A stretch of DNA of 64,000 bases from Chloroflexota bacterium (GTDB lineage: Bacteria > Chloroflexota > UBA6077 > SHYK01). The position numbers and the translations under genes are program-made. The DNA lies in NCBI GenBank assembly GCA_034666705.1, contig JAXDLH010000288.1, positions 7,432 through 71,431 of the forward strand. Reading direction: 5' to 3'. Below the pieces are notes generated by a model, which saw nothing but the letters and a program-made list of their open reading frames with translations, did no database searches and was not told where the DNA came from. Below are positions 19,387 through 27,299 of the stretch, in pieces (position 1 is the stretch's first letter; the number at the start of each line of letters is the position of its first letter).

Positions 19387-20175
19387 CTGAACCCATTCCG
19401 ACCTGGAGAGTGGGCGCTCCTCATCGACCGCAGTGGCCGCCAGTATCTGGTGCGGCTGGCAGAGGGCGGCGCCTTTCAGTTCCACCGCGGAATCGTGCAG
19501 CATGCCGATATTCTCGGACAGGACGAAGGCATCTGCGTGCACACGAGCCTGGATCGCCTGGTCTGGGCCTACCGGCCACGCATGCAGGACTACGTGATGG
19601 AGATGCAGCGCAACAGTGCCATCGTTTACCCGAAGGACATCGCGTTCGTGCTGGTTTGGGGAGACATCTTCCCTGGCGCGCGCGTCTTCGAGGCAGGCGT
19701 TGGGTCCGGCGCGATGGCCATCGCCATCCTCCGCGCAATCGGGGCCGCCGGCCAGCTTGTGAGCTATGAGCTTCGTGAGGACATGATCGCGCGGGCGCAG
19801 GCCAACGTTCACGCCTTTCATGGCCCGACGGAGAACTGGGCAGTCCATCAGCGCGACGCCTACGAGACGATTGACGACGGGCCGTTCGACCGGATGTTCC
19901 TCGATCTGCCGGAACCCGGCCGCGTCGCGCCGCATGCCGCCGGGGCGTTGAAGCCCGGGGGCATCCTCTGCACCTACCTGCCAAACGCCACGCAAGTCGA
20001 CTCGACGGTAGCGGCACTGCGCGAGAGCGGCGCCTTCGCGGAGATCGAAACGTATGAGACGCTCTATCGGCCGTGGGTGTTTCGCGGGCAGAGCGCCCGG
20101 CCAGCGCACGTCATGGTCGGCCACACCGGCTTTCTCACCTTCGCCCGGCGGTCACTCGATCGGGCTCGTGACTGA
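19387..20175 (+). CDS. trmI: tRNA (adenine58-N1)-methyltransferase TrmI
   Basis: SAM-dependent methyltransferase region (FEAGVGSGAMAIAILRA) and TrmI-type N-terminus. The conserved N-terminal ALLIDRSGRQYLVRL is encoded in frame upstream of the first GTG (19450) and is reachable only from CTG 19387, which has GGGAGGG 5 nt upstream. Confidence 0.75.
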   Translation: MNPFRPGEWALLIDRSGRQYLVRLAEGGAFQFHRGIVQHADILGQDEGICVHTSLDRLVWAYRPRMQDYVMEMQRNSAIVYPKDIAFVLVWGDIFPGARVFEAGVGSGAMAIAILRAIGAAGQLVSYELREDMIARAQANVHAFHGPTENWAVHQRDAYETIDDGPFDRMFLDLPEPGRVAPHAAGALKPGGILCTYLPNATQVDSTVAALRESGAFAEIETYETLYRPWVFRGQSARPAHVMVGHTGFLTFARRSLDRARD

Positions 20176-20490
20176 CCGTCCGGTGGCGTCCCGTTGTGCT
20201 ACACTGTGCGTTGCGAGTCCTACCGGCCGAACTGGCACGGAAGGGGGGCGGGAGCCCAATACCAGCAGCGCGCGAGCGTTCGGGCGCGACTGCTGATTCT
20301 CAATGCGCCGACGCACCATAGCTCGTAATGGGCACCATTTTCTGGGGTTGGCTTCAATGCCAGTCACTGCCTTTGTACCGTGAAGGCGGGACCACCTTGG
20401 GGTGGTGCTTTTGCTTTGGAAGCGGGCCTGCACACTGCCGTTCACGTCGCCACGGCGCTTGGTGGCGGAAGTTACCTGGGGGAATGGTGA

Positions 20491-20838
20491 ATGAAGGGTG
20501 TTGGGACGCATCTCGTCCTCGAGCTCTGGGGCTGTAGCAATCTCAATTCGCCCGAGGTCATCGAACAGGCGCTGCGCGACGTCGTAGACGCCACCGGGGT
20601 GACACTCCTCGACCTCAAGGTGTACCCATTCTCTCCAATGGGTGTGACCGGTGCGGCCATTGTCGCTGAGTCGCACATCATCATCCACACCTGGCCGGAG
20701 CACGGTTACGCAGCGATCGACGTATTCACCTGTGGTGAAGAGCGTGACATGAAGGGCGCGGTCGAGGCCGTACGGGAACACTTCACTCCGGAGCGCGTGC
20801 AGATGATGAACATCCTGCGCGGCATCCTCGTTGACTGA
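20491..20838 (+). CDS. speH: S-adenosylmethionine decarboxylase proenzyme (small SpeH type)
   Basis: HLVLELWGC...VAESHIIIHTWPEHGYAAIDVFTCG carries the ES self-cleavage site and the HTWPE motif. Confidence 0.85.
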   Translation: MKGVGTHLVLELWGCSNLNSPEVIEQALRDVVDATGVTLLDLKVYPFSPMGVTGAAIVAESHIIIHTWPEHGYAAIDVFTCGEERDMKGAVEAVREHFTPERVQMMNILRGILVD

Positions 20839-21709
20839 GCCCTCGACGCCCCCCAGCGTGCGCGACGGCGACTGGTTCTTCGAGATCGACGACAGTGGCT
20901 ACGCGCAGGGCACGCGCGTTCGCCAACGGCTCCTCACCAAGCAGACCCCATTTCAGCGGCTCGAGATCCTGGAGTCTGAGGCATTTGGCCGCACCCTGGT
21001 GCTGGACGACGCACTCCAAACCACGGAGCGCGACGAGTTCATGTACCACGAGATGCTCGTCCACGTGCCACTCATGACCCACCCGGCCCCACAGCGCGTG
21101 CTCATCATCGGTGGCGGAGATGGCGGGTCATTGCGCCGGCTCCTCCAACATCGCGTGCCCGAGCCGATCCAGGTCGAGATCGATCGCGACGTGATCGACG
21201 CATGCAAGGCGCACATCCCAGCTGTTTCAGCCGGCGCCTACGACGATCCCGCGGCGCGCGTCATCGTGGGAGACGGTATTCAGTACATGCGCGAGCATCC
21301 GGGCGGGCTCGACGTCGTCATCGTCGACTCCACCGACCCCGTCGGTCCGGCTGTCCAGCTCTTCGAGGAGCCGTTCTACCAAGACGTGGCCCGCTCACTG
21401 GCGGATGACGGTCTGATGGTGGCACAGAGCAGCTCGCCGCTGTATATGGCCGATGAGCTGCGCAGCCAGGTGCACAACTTGCGCTCGGTATTTCCTATCG
21501 TGCGCACCTACCTCGGCATCGTCATGGGCTACCCAGGCGTGCTGTGGAGCTACTCTATTGGCTCGAAGCGCTACGATCCGCTCGACGCGACGCGGGAGTC
21601 CATCGCCGACCGGCTCGCCGCCAATAGTGTCGCTACCCGCTATTACACGCCGGACGTGCATCACGCGGCCTTCGCGCTGCCGCGCTTCATCGAGGACATC
21701 GTCTCCTGA
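20831..21709 (+). CDS. speE: spermidine synthase
   Basis: PF01564-type signature (VLIIGGGDGG...IVDSTDPVGPA). Overlaps the speH 3' end by 8 bp. Confidence 0.9.
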   Translation: MTEPSTPPSVRDGDWFFEIDDSGYAQGTRVRQRLLTKQTPFQRLEILESEAFGRTLVLDDALQTTERDEFMYHEMLVHVPLMTHPAPQRVLIIGGGDGGSLRRLLQHRVPEPIQVEIDRDVIDACKAHIPAVSAGAYDDPAARVIVGDGIQYMREHPGGLDVVIVDSTDPVGPAVQLFEEPFYQDVARSLADDGLMVAQSSSPLYMADELRSQVHNLRSVFPIVRTYLGIVMGYPGVLWSYSIGSKRYDPLDATRESIADRLAANSVATRYYTPDVHHAAFALPRFIEDIVS

Positions 21710-22581
21710 CCACTGTCCACTTCGTCCCACCTGCCCAGCCCTTCCTTGCGGCCAGCGATGATCCGAGCGTCGAGCCGCGAGCCATCATCATCGGCGCGGG
21801 CCTGGATCTCACCGAGTGCTACCGCAGCGGAACTGCCGCAGCGCCTGACCGCATCCGCGCAGTCTCCGACGTGCTCGAGAGCTACAGCCCGGAGCTGCAG
21901 GCCGATCTGGCAGAGCTGCCCCTCGCCGATTGGGGCAACGTACCGCTCGTTGGTCTCGATATGGATGCGGCCCTCGCGAACGTCGCCGACGCCGTAGAGC
22001 AGGCCGCTGCACGGGCCCTCCCGATCATGATCGGCGGCGAGCATACCGCTACTCTCGGCGCCGTCCGCGGACTGCAGCGGCTGCACCCCGGTCTCGTGGT
22101 GATGCACGTGGACGCCCATACTGACCTGCGCGACAGCTACCTTGGGTTCGAGATATCCCACGCGACGTTCATGCGGCGCGTGGTGGAGGAGCTTGGCATC
22201 GGCCACCTGGCTCAATACGGCATTCGGTCCGGCACGCGCGAGGAGCTCGAGCTTGCTCGCGGCTGCCTGCACTCCGGTCCGGGCCTCGACGTGGGCCGTA
22301 ACGCCCGTGACCGTATCCACCATCGTCCTGTTTACGTCACGATCGATATCGACGTCCTCGATCCGAGTGCGGCCCCCGGTACTGGCTGTCCGGAGCCCGG
22401 GGGGTGCACGTTTCGCGAGCTCGTCGCCTTCCTGCGCTCGCTTCGTGAGCTCAACGTCGTCGGCGTCGACGTCATGGAGGTCTTGCCCGCGGCCGACGTG
22501 AATGACATCACCTCTGCGGCAGCCGCCAAATTGGTGCGGGAAGCGGCGCTCGCGTTCGGTCTCCGAGCGCCGCGCGCCTGA
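21706..22581 (+). CDS. speB: agmatinase (arginase/ureohydrolase family)
   Basis: Mn-binding motifs are present (GGEHTATLGA, HVDAHTDL, DIDVLDP). The conserved N-terminus (AIIIGAGLDLTECYRSGTAAAPDRIR) is in frame upstream of the first GTG (21871) with no ATG/GTG/TTG available. CTG 21706 overlaps the speE TGA stop (CTGA). Confidence 0.7.
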   Translation: MTTVHFVPPAQPFLAASDDPSVEPRAIIIGAGLDLTECYRSGTAAAPDRIRAVSDVLESYSPELQADLAELPLADWGNVPLVGLDMDAALANVADAVEQAAARALPIMIGGEHTATLGAVRGLQRLHPGLVVMHVDAHTDLRDSYLGFEISHATFMRRVVEELGIGHLAQYGIRSGTREELELARGCLHSGPGLDVGRNARDRIHHRPVYVTIDIDVLDPSAAPGTGCPEPGGCTFRELVAFLRSLRELNVVGVDVMEVLPAADVNDITSAAAAKLVREAALAFGLRAPRA

Positions 22582-24046
22582 AGCCGGCCCCGCAACTTCC
22601 GAAGAGCTCCCCGCGTACTACTCTTGCAGACGAACGGCTCTTGCGCACCAACGGCGCGCCGAGTATCGTTTCGCCTACGCAGCCACAACGACGTGGCGAC
22701 GGGTTGGAGATGTGGTGGAAGGGGCGCGAACCGAGCCTCCGCTTGCTGGCTTATCCCGCGCGATCCGGCTCTGCATCGGTGGCAACTTCCTCCTCCGGCT
22801 TGGCAACTCCTGCACGGGCGTGCTCATGGGGTTGCTGCTCGCGAGCCTCAGTCGCAGCGGCATCGACGTGCCCCCTATCGTCTTTGGCCTCGCCGCCGCG
22901 TCGTTCTACCTCGCGGAGCTGCTTGGCGCACCCTGGTTCGGCGCGCTCAGCGACCGCAAGGGACGGCGGCTGTTCCTCGTCATCGGGCCGATGTTCGGGC
23001 TCCTCGCCGTGCAACTCATCGGGTGGCCGAGCCTCGCGCTCGGCTTTCCGCTTCTCCTCGTCCCCATTGCCGTCGGTCGTCTGACCGAGGGACTATCGAC
23101 GGCTTCGACCGCACCTGCGACGTTGAGCTTTCTATCGGCGGCGACGACGAGCTCGACGACGATGCGCGGACGAGTCATGGCCTGGTACGAGATGACGACG
23201 GTCGTGGGTATTGGCGGCGGGTACGTGCTCGCTGGGCCGCTTTGGGATCTCCTTGGTCACGCGGCGTTCTTGCTCGTCACGGCGATCTACGGGCTCAGCC
23301 TCGTCGCGTTCGCGGTGATGCGCGATCCGCACGCCGGCCACGCGCTCGACCGTCCCCACGGATCGCCGTGGAGGGTACTGCGGCGGCGCGCGGTGCTGCG
23401 CTTCGCACCGGCCTGGCTCGCCGTGAATACGATCGTCGGTGCATGGTCGACCCACTCGTCATTCCAGCTCGTTGCCGGCCGTCACCTCGACCAGTACCTG
23501 TCTGGCGGTTTCAGCGCGACGATGCTCGGGGTTGGGTTCGGGATTTTCAGCGCTGCGTTCGTGATCGGCATCTTCTTCTGGGGCGCCACGCTGGGCATGC
23601 GGCGCAAGACGAGCACGATGTTGATCACGATGATGGGCACCTACGTGGTGTGTGGCGCGCTGCTCGCCATCAACCACCTTGCCCAGCACGGACCGGGCTG
23701 GCGGCTCGTGTTCACGCTCTGCTTCGCACTCGGCGTAATGGTGATGAGTGGCTTCACGCCCGTGGCTCTGGCTCACCTCGCCGACATCTCCGAGGAGATC
23801 GCTGAGGAGCGTGGCACCGTGATGGGGCTCTATTCAGTGCTCTTCGGCCTGGGCCAGTTCCTCGGGGCAGCGCTCGGCGGCCCCTTCGCGGAGTTCGGCA
23901 GTATCGACGGGCTGATCGCGCTGACACTGATCCTTGCCACGATCTCCGTAGGCACCGTGCTCTTTCTGCGTCGCGAGGAAGCCCGCGAGCGCGGCGAGCG
24001 CGGCGGTCTCCGAGGTCCGGCCATCGCCGACACCTCCGCGGTCTAA
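22502..24046 (+). CDS. MFS transporter
   Basis: About 12 predicted transmembrane segments and the MFS loop motif (GALSDRKGRR). The true start is probably downstream of 22502, near 22690. Confidence 0.7.
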   Translation: MTSPLRQPPNWCGKRRSRSVSERRAPEAGPATSEELPAYYSCRRTALAHQRRAEYRFAYAATTTWRRVGDVVEGARTEPPLAGLSRAIRLCIGGNFLLRLGNSCTGVLMGLLLASLSRSGIDVPPIVFGLAAASFYLAELLGAPWFGALSDRKGRRLFLVIGPMFGLLAVQLIGWPSLALGFPLLLVPIAVGRLTEGLSTASTAPATLSFLSAATTSSTTMRGRVMAWYEMTTVVGIGGGYVLAGPLWDLLGHAAFLLVTAIYGLSLVAFAVMRDPHAGHALDRPHGSPWRVLRRRAVLRFAPAWLAVNTIVGAWSTHSSFQLVAGRHLDQYLSGGFSATMLGVGFGIFSAAFVIGIFFWGATLGMRRKTSTMLITMMGTYVVCGALLAINHLAQHGPGWRLVFTLCFALGVMVMSGFTPVALAHLADISEEIAEERGTVMGLYSVLFGLGQFLGAALGGPFAEFGSIDGLIALTLILATISVGTVLFLRREEARERGERGGLRGPAIADTSAV

Positions 24047-24056
24047 CGATAGATAA

Positions 24057-25886
24057 CTACCCGGGCCACACGCGCGGCGCGATGAGCGCGACCGTAATCG
24101 CGATCAGCACCGTGAGCGGGGCACCCACCCGCATGTAATCGGTAAACCGATAGCCGCCCGGGCCATAGATGATCAGGTTGTGGTGGCTCATGGGCGTGAG
24201 CACCGCCGTCACCGCGGCCATCGCGACTGTCACAATGTACGGCTCAGGCGGCCGGCCCAGCGCCTGTGCCAGCGCGATAGCCACCGGTCCGAAGAGTGCC
24301 ACCGTCGCGGAGTCGGACCCCATGAATTGCACCACGAGACCCACCGTAGCGAATACGGCGAGCAGGATCGCGACCTCGCTCCAGCCGCCAATAATGCCCT
24401 GCAGCCACCCAGCGAGCAGGTCCGCCGCGCCGGTCGATTTCATCGCCGTGCCGAGTGGGATTGCGCCGGCGATGAAGAGATACATTCGCGCATCGATCGC
24501 GCGGTACGCCTGCCGGACACTCACGCAGCCAGTCAGCACCATGGCGACCGCGCCGGCGAGCGTCGCCATGCCAAGCGTCAACACACCCGTTCCCGCAGCC
24601 GCCACGGTGGCGAGCATCACGGCAGCCGCGACGAGCGCCCTGCGTCGGCGCAGCGGTTCGGCATGAAAGGGCATGAGCATCAGGAAGCTCTCATTCCGGC
24701 CAATCCGCTCCAGTGCATCCTCCGAGCCGTGGAGGACGAGGACGTCCCCCTCGCGCAGGCGAATTCGCGACATCTGTTGCGTGGGCAGCTCGGTCTGGCG
24801 CCAGAGGCTGACGACGAGCGCTCCATAACGGTCGAGAAAGTCGACGTCGCCAAGGGTGCGGCCTACGAGGTTCGAACCGGGGGCAACGACCGCTTGCACC
24901 AGTCGGTCCGCAATTTCCGTATCCGGCTCACTCCCGTGCCCTCCGCTCGCACCATTGCCGCCATCCATGAGCTCGGAAACCTGCGCCTCGTAGCGCTTTA
25001 GCGGGTGGAGCTCGATGCCGGGCTCCTGGTGAACGGCCACGAGTGCATCGGCGCCGGTGCGCACCAGCAGTACGTCGCCAGCTTGCAGCGCGACGCGCTG
25101 GGGAGAGGGCAATTGACGCCCGTGGCGGATCAGACCGACTACCTTGAAGGCTTCCTCACTCGCCTCCTCCACTTCGGCGACGCTCTTGCCGACGAGCTCG
25201 GACTCCGGGAGCACGACCATCTCGATGAAATAGTCGTCGAGCCGAAATGGGTCGGCAATCGTGTCAGCCCCGCGCCGCTCTGGCAGCAGGAAACGGCCGA
25301 GAAGCACCATGAAGAGCGTGCCGACAACCGTAATAGCGAGTCCGATCGGCGCAATCGAGAAGACGCCCAGCCCATCGCGGCCCACCTGACGCAGCAGCTC
25401 GCTCGAGACGAGGAACGAAGGCGCGCCAATAATGGTGATCGTAGTACCGAGGGAGCTGCCGATCGCCACGGGCATGAGCAGCTTGGAGGGCGAGATTCCC
25501 TTGTCGCGGGAGAGTGAAAGCGTAACCGGCAGCATGATTGCCGTGATCGTCACGTGGTGGGTGAACGCGGAGAGGAGGGCCGAGGCCGGCATCAGGACCG
25601 CGACCATCCGGCCGAGCGTCGCCCCCGCGAGCCGGCCAATCCATGCGCCGAGACGGTCGGAAAGTCCCGTATGGGCGAAGCCTGCGCTCAAGACGAAGAC
25701 CGAGGCGATCGCGATTGCCGGCTCGGCTGAGAAGCCGGCGAAGGCGTGTGGCATGTCCAGAATGCGCGTGATGTAGAGCGCCAGGATAATCAGCATGGCG
25801 ACGAGGTCGGCGCGCAGCCGCTCGCTGATAAGCAGGCCGAACGCGACCACAAGGATCGCGAAGAAGACGATCATTTCCAGTGTCAA
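24057..25886 (-). CDS. SLC13/DASS-family permease with two internal TrkA-C (RCK_C) domains
   Basis: N- and C-terminal transporter repeats flank two cytoplasmic RCK_C-like domains. This architecture is common among CitT/ArsB-superfamily permeases. Confidence 0.7.
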   Translation of the reverse strand: MTLEMIVFFAILVVAFGLLISERLRADLVAMLIILALYITRILDMPHAFAGFSAEPAIAIASVFVLSAGFAHTGLSDRLGAWIGRLAGATLGRMVAVLMPASALLSAFTHHVTITAIMLPVTLSLSRDKGISPSKLLMPVAIGSSLGTTITIIGAPSFLVSSELLRQVGRDGLGVFSIAPIGLAITVVGTLFMVLLGRFLLPERRGADTIADPFRLDDYFIEMVVLPESELVGKSVAEVEEASEEAFKVVGLIRHGRQLPSPQRVALQAGDVLLVRTGADALVAVHQEPGIELHPLKRYEAQVSELMDGGNGASGGHGSEPDTEIADRLVQAVVAPGSNLVGRTLGDVDFLDRYGALVVSLWRQTELPTQQMSRIRLREGDVLVLHGSEDALERIGRNESFLMLMPFHAEPLRRRRALVAAAVMLATVAAAGTGVLTLGMATLAGAVAMVLTGCVSVRQAYRAIDARMYLFIAGAIPLGTAMKSTGAADLLAGWLQGIIGGWSEVAILLAVFATVGLVVQFMGSDSATVALFGPVAIALAQALGRPPEPYIVTVAMAAVTAVLTPMSHHNLIIYGPGGYRFTDYMRVGAPLTVLIAITVALIAPRVWPG

Positions 25887-26021
25887 GCCGCAGCTCCCCC
25901 CGCCTAGCCGTCCCTGTGAACAGCATGGCAGGACGGAGGCGACGACCGTAAGCCTGTGGCTGTGACGACTTGGCGTCAGTGCGGGCGTTGGTGCGCGGTT
26001 GCCCGATGCGGGTCGGGGAGG

Positions 26022-27299
26022 TTACGTGCTGGATGCGCTCGCGGAGGCAGACGCGGCTGTGGCAGGGGCATCATTGCTTGGCAGGGTGACGACGAAGCGC
26101 GTCCCCCCTTTGGGCGGTGAATCAGCGCGAATCTCGCCACCGTGTGACTCGACAATCTGGCGCGTTATGTAGAGTCCGAGCCCCATTCCTGATTTGTTCG
26201 TGTCCGCGCTGCCTCGGTAGAAACGCTCGAAGATCCGGTCGCGGGCCTCGGCTGGAATCCCAGCTCCCTCGTCGGTAACAGATAGCTCAATCTGGTCCCC
26301 GATCCGCCGCAGCACCGCGCGAATCTCGCCCCCTGCGGGGCTGTACTTAATGGCGTTATCGATCAAGTTCGTCAGCACCTGATCGATGCGTAGCGGATCG
26401 ACGACCGCATACAGCTCGTCCGGCGTGTCGACCACGATGCGATGCTCGTCCGCGAAGGTTTGCTCGTTTGCGGCGACGTCTCTGAGGAGGCGCACGAGCT
26501 CCGTGCGCTCTGGATTCAGCTCGAGGCGTCCCGCGCGAACCCGCGTGAGGTCGAGCATTTGCGTGATAAGCCGCGCGAGCTTGCCCGATTGCTGCTCGAT
26601 CACGTGCAGACCGCGGCGCATGCTATCTGCGTCGACCGCGTCGTCTCGCCCAAGGCGGCGGAGCATGAGTTGAGCTGAGCCGCGCAGGCTCGTGATGGGC
26701 GTCTTCAGCTCATGGGCGGCCATCGAGATGAACTCTTCGCGGATCTGCGTTGCTTCTTCGAGTTGGCGGTTCGTCTCTGCCAGTTCGTCGACGCTGTGCC
26801 GCAATTTGGCTGTGGCCTGGTCGACTCGCTCCTGGAGGCCTTCCGAGAGCGTCCGCAGCTTGCTGTTTGCCTCGTTCAACTCACCCAGTCGTTCGCGCAG
26901 CGCTCTGCCGAGGACGCCCCGCTCGATCGCCCGCGCCACCGTGGCCTTCAACTCATCGACGTGGCACGGTTTGATCAAGTAATCGTACGCGCCCTCACGA
27001 ATCGCGTCGATCGCGGACTCGAGCGAGGCATATCCGGTCAGCATCACGGACGGTGTCTCTGGCGACCGTTCCCGCAGCGCAGTCAGCAGCTCGAGACCGG
27101 ATGAGCCCTCGATGCGCAAGTCGGTCAAGAGCAGATCGAAGCGCTCATTGCGGATATGCGTCAACGCGTCGGCCGCATTCCCTGCGGCGACGACCTCGTA
27201 CCCCTCCTGCTCCAGGATTGCGGCGAGTGTCGTCAGGACGTTCTCCTCGTCGTCGACCACGAGCAGGCGTGGCGTCTCTGAGCCGAGCGCGGTGTTCAT
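26022..27299 (-). CDS. hybrid two-component protein: N-terminal receiver domain fused to HisKA/HATPase histidine kinase
   Basis: Receiver domain (LLVVDDEENV...DLLLTDLRIEG...MLTGY), a coiled-coil, the H-box AAHELKTPITSL, and the ATPase N/G boxes (NLIDNAIKYS, GMGLGLYI). Overlaps the upstream kinase by 4 bp. Confidence 0.8.
   Translation of the reverse strand: MNTALGSETPRLLVVDDEENVLTTLAAILEQEGYEVVAAGNAADALTHIRNERFDLLLTDLRIEGSSGLELLTALRERSPETPSVMLTGYASLESAIDAIREGAYDYLIKPCHVDELKATVARAIERGVLGRALRERLGELNEANSKLRTLSEGLQERVDQATAKLRHSVDELAETNRQLEEATQIREEFISMAAHELKTPITSLRGSAQLMLRRLGRDDAVDADSMRRGLHVIEQQSGKLARLITQMLDLTRVRAGRLELNPERTELVRLLRDVAANEQTFADEHRIVVDTPDELYAVVDPLRIDQVLTNLIDNAIKYSPAGGEIRAVLRRIGDQIELSVTDEGAGIPAEARDRIFERFYRGSADTNKSGMGLGLYITRQIVESHGGEIRADSPPKGGTRFVVTLPSNDAPATAASASASASST

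Noticed and set aside
19363-20124. 253-aa minus-strand ORF opposite trmI
   Set aside because: Antisense shadow of a well-supported methyltransferase; no motifs.
20328-20537. 69-aa ORF in the speH leader overlapping the speH start
   Set aside because: Cys/Trp/Gly-rich with no Shine-Dalgarno sequence, and in a different frame from speH. More likely non-coding leader RNA; it is kept in findings as a possible regulatory RNA region.
21820-21860. Apparent frameshift in speB near a GC-repeat
   Set aside because: It was my own mis-transcription of the line break at 21840/21841. Re-reading the sequence shows a continuous frame (…GTAAAPDRIRAVSD…), so there is no frameshift.
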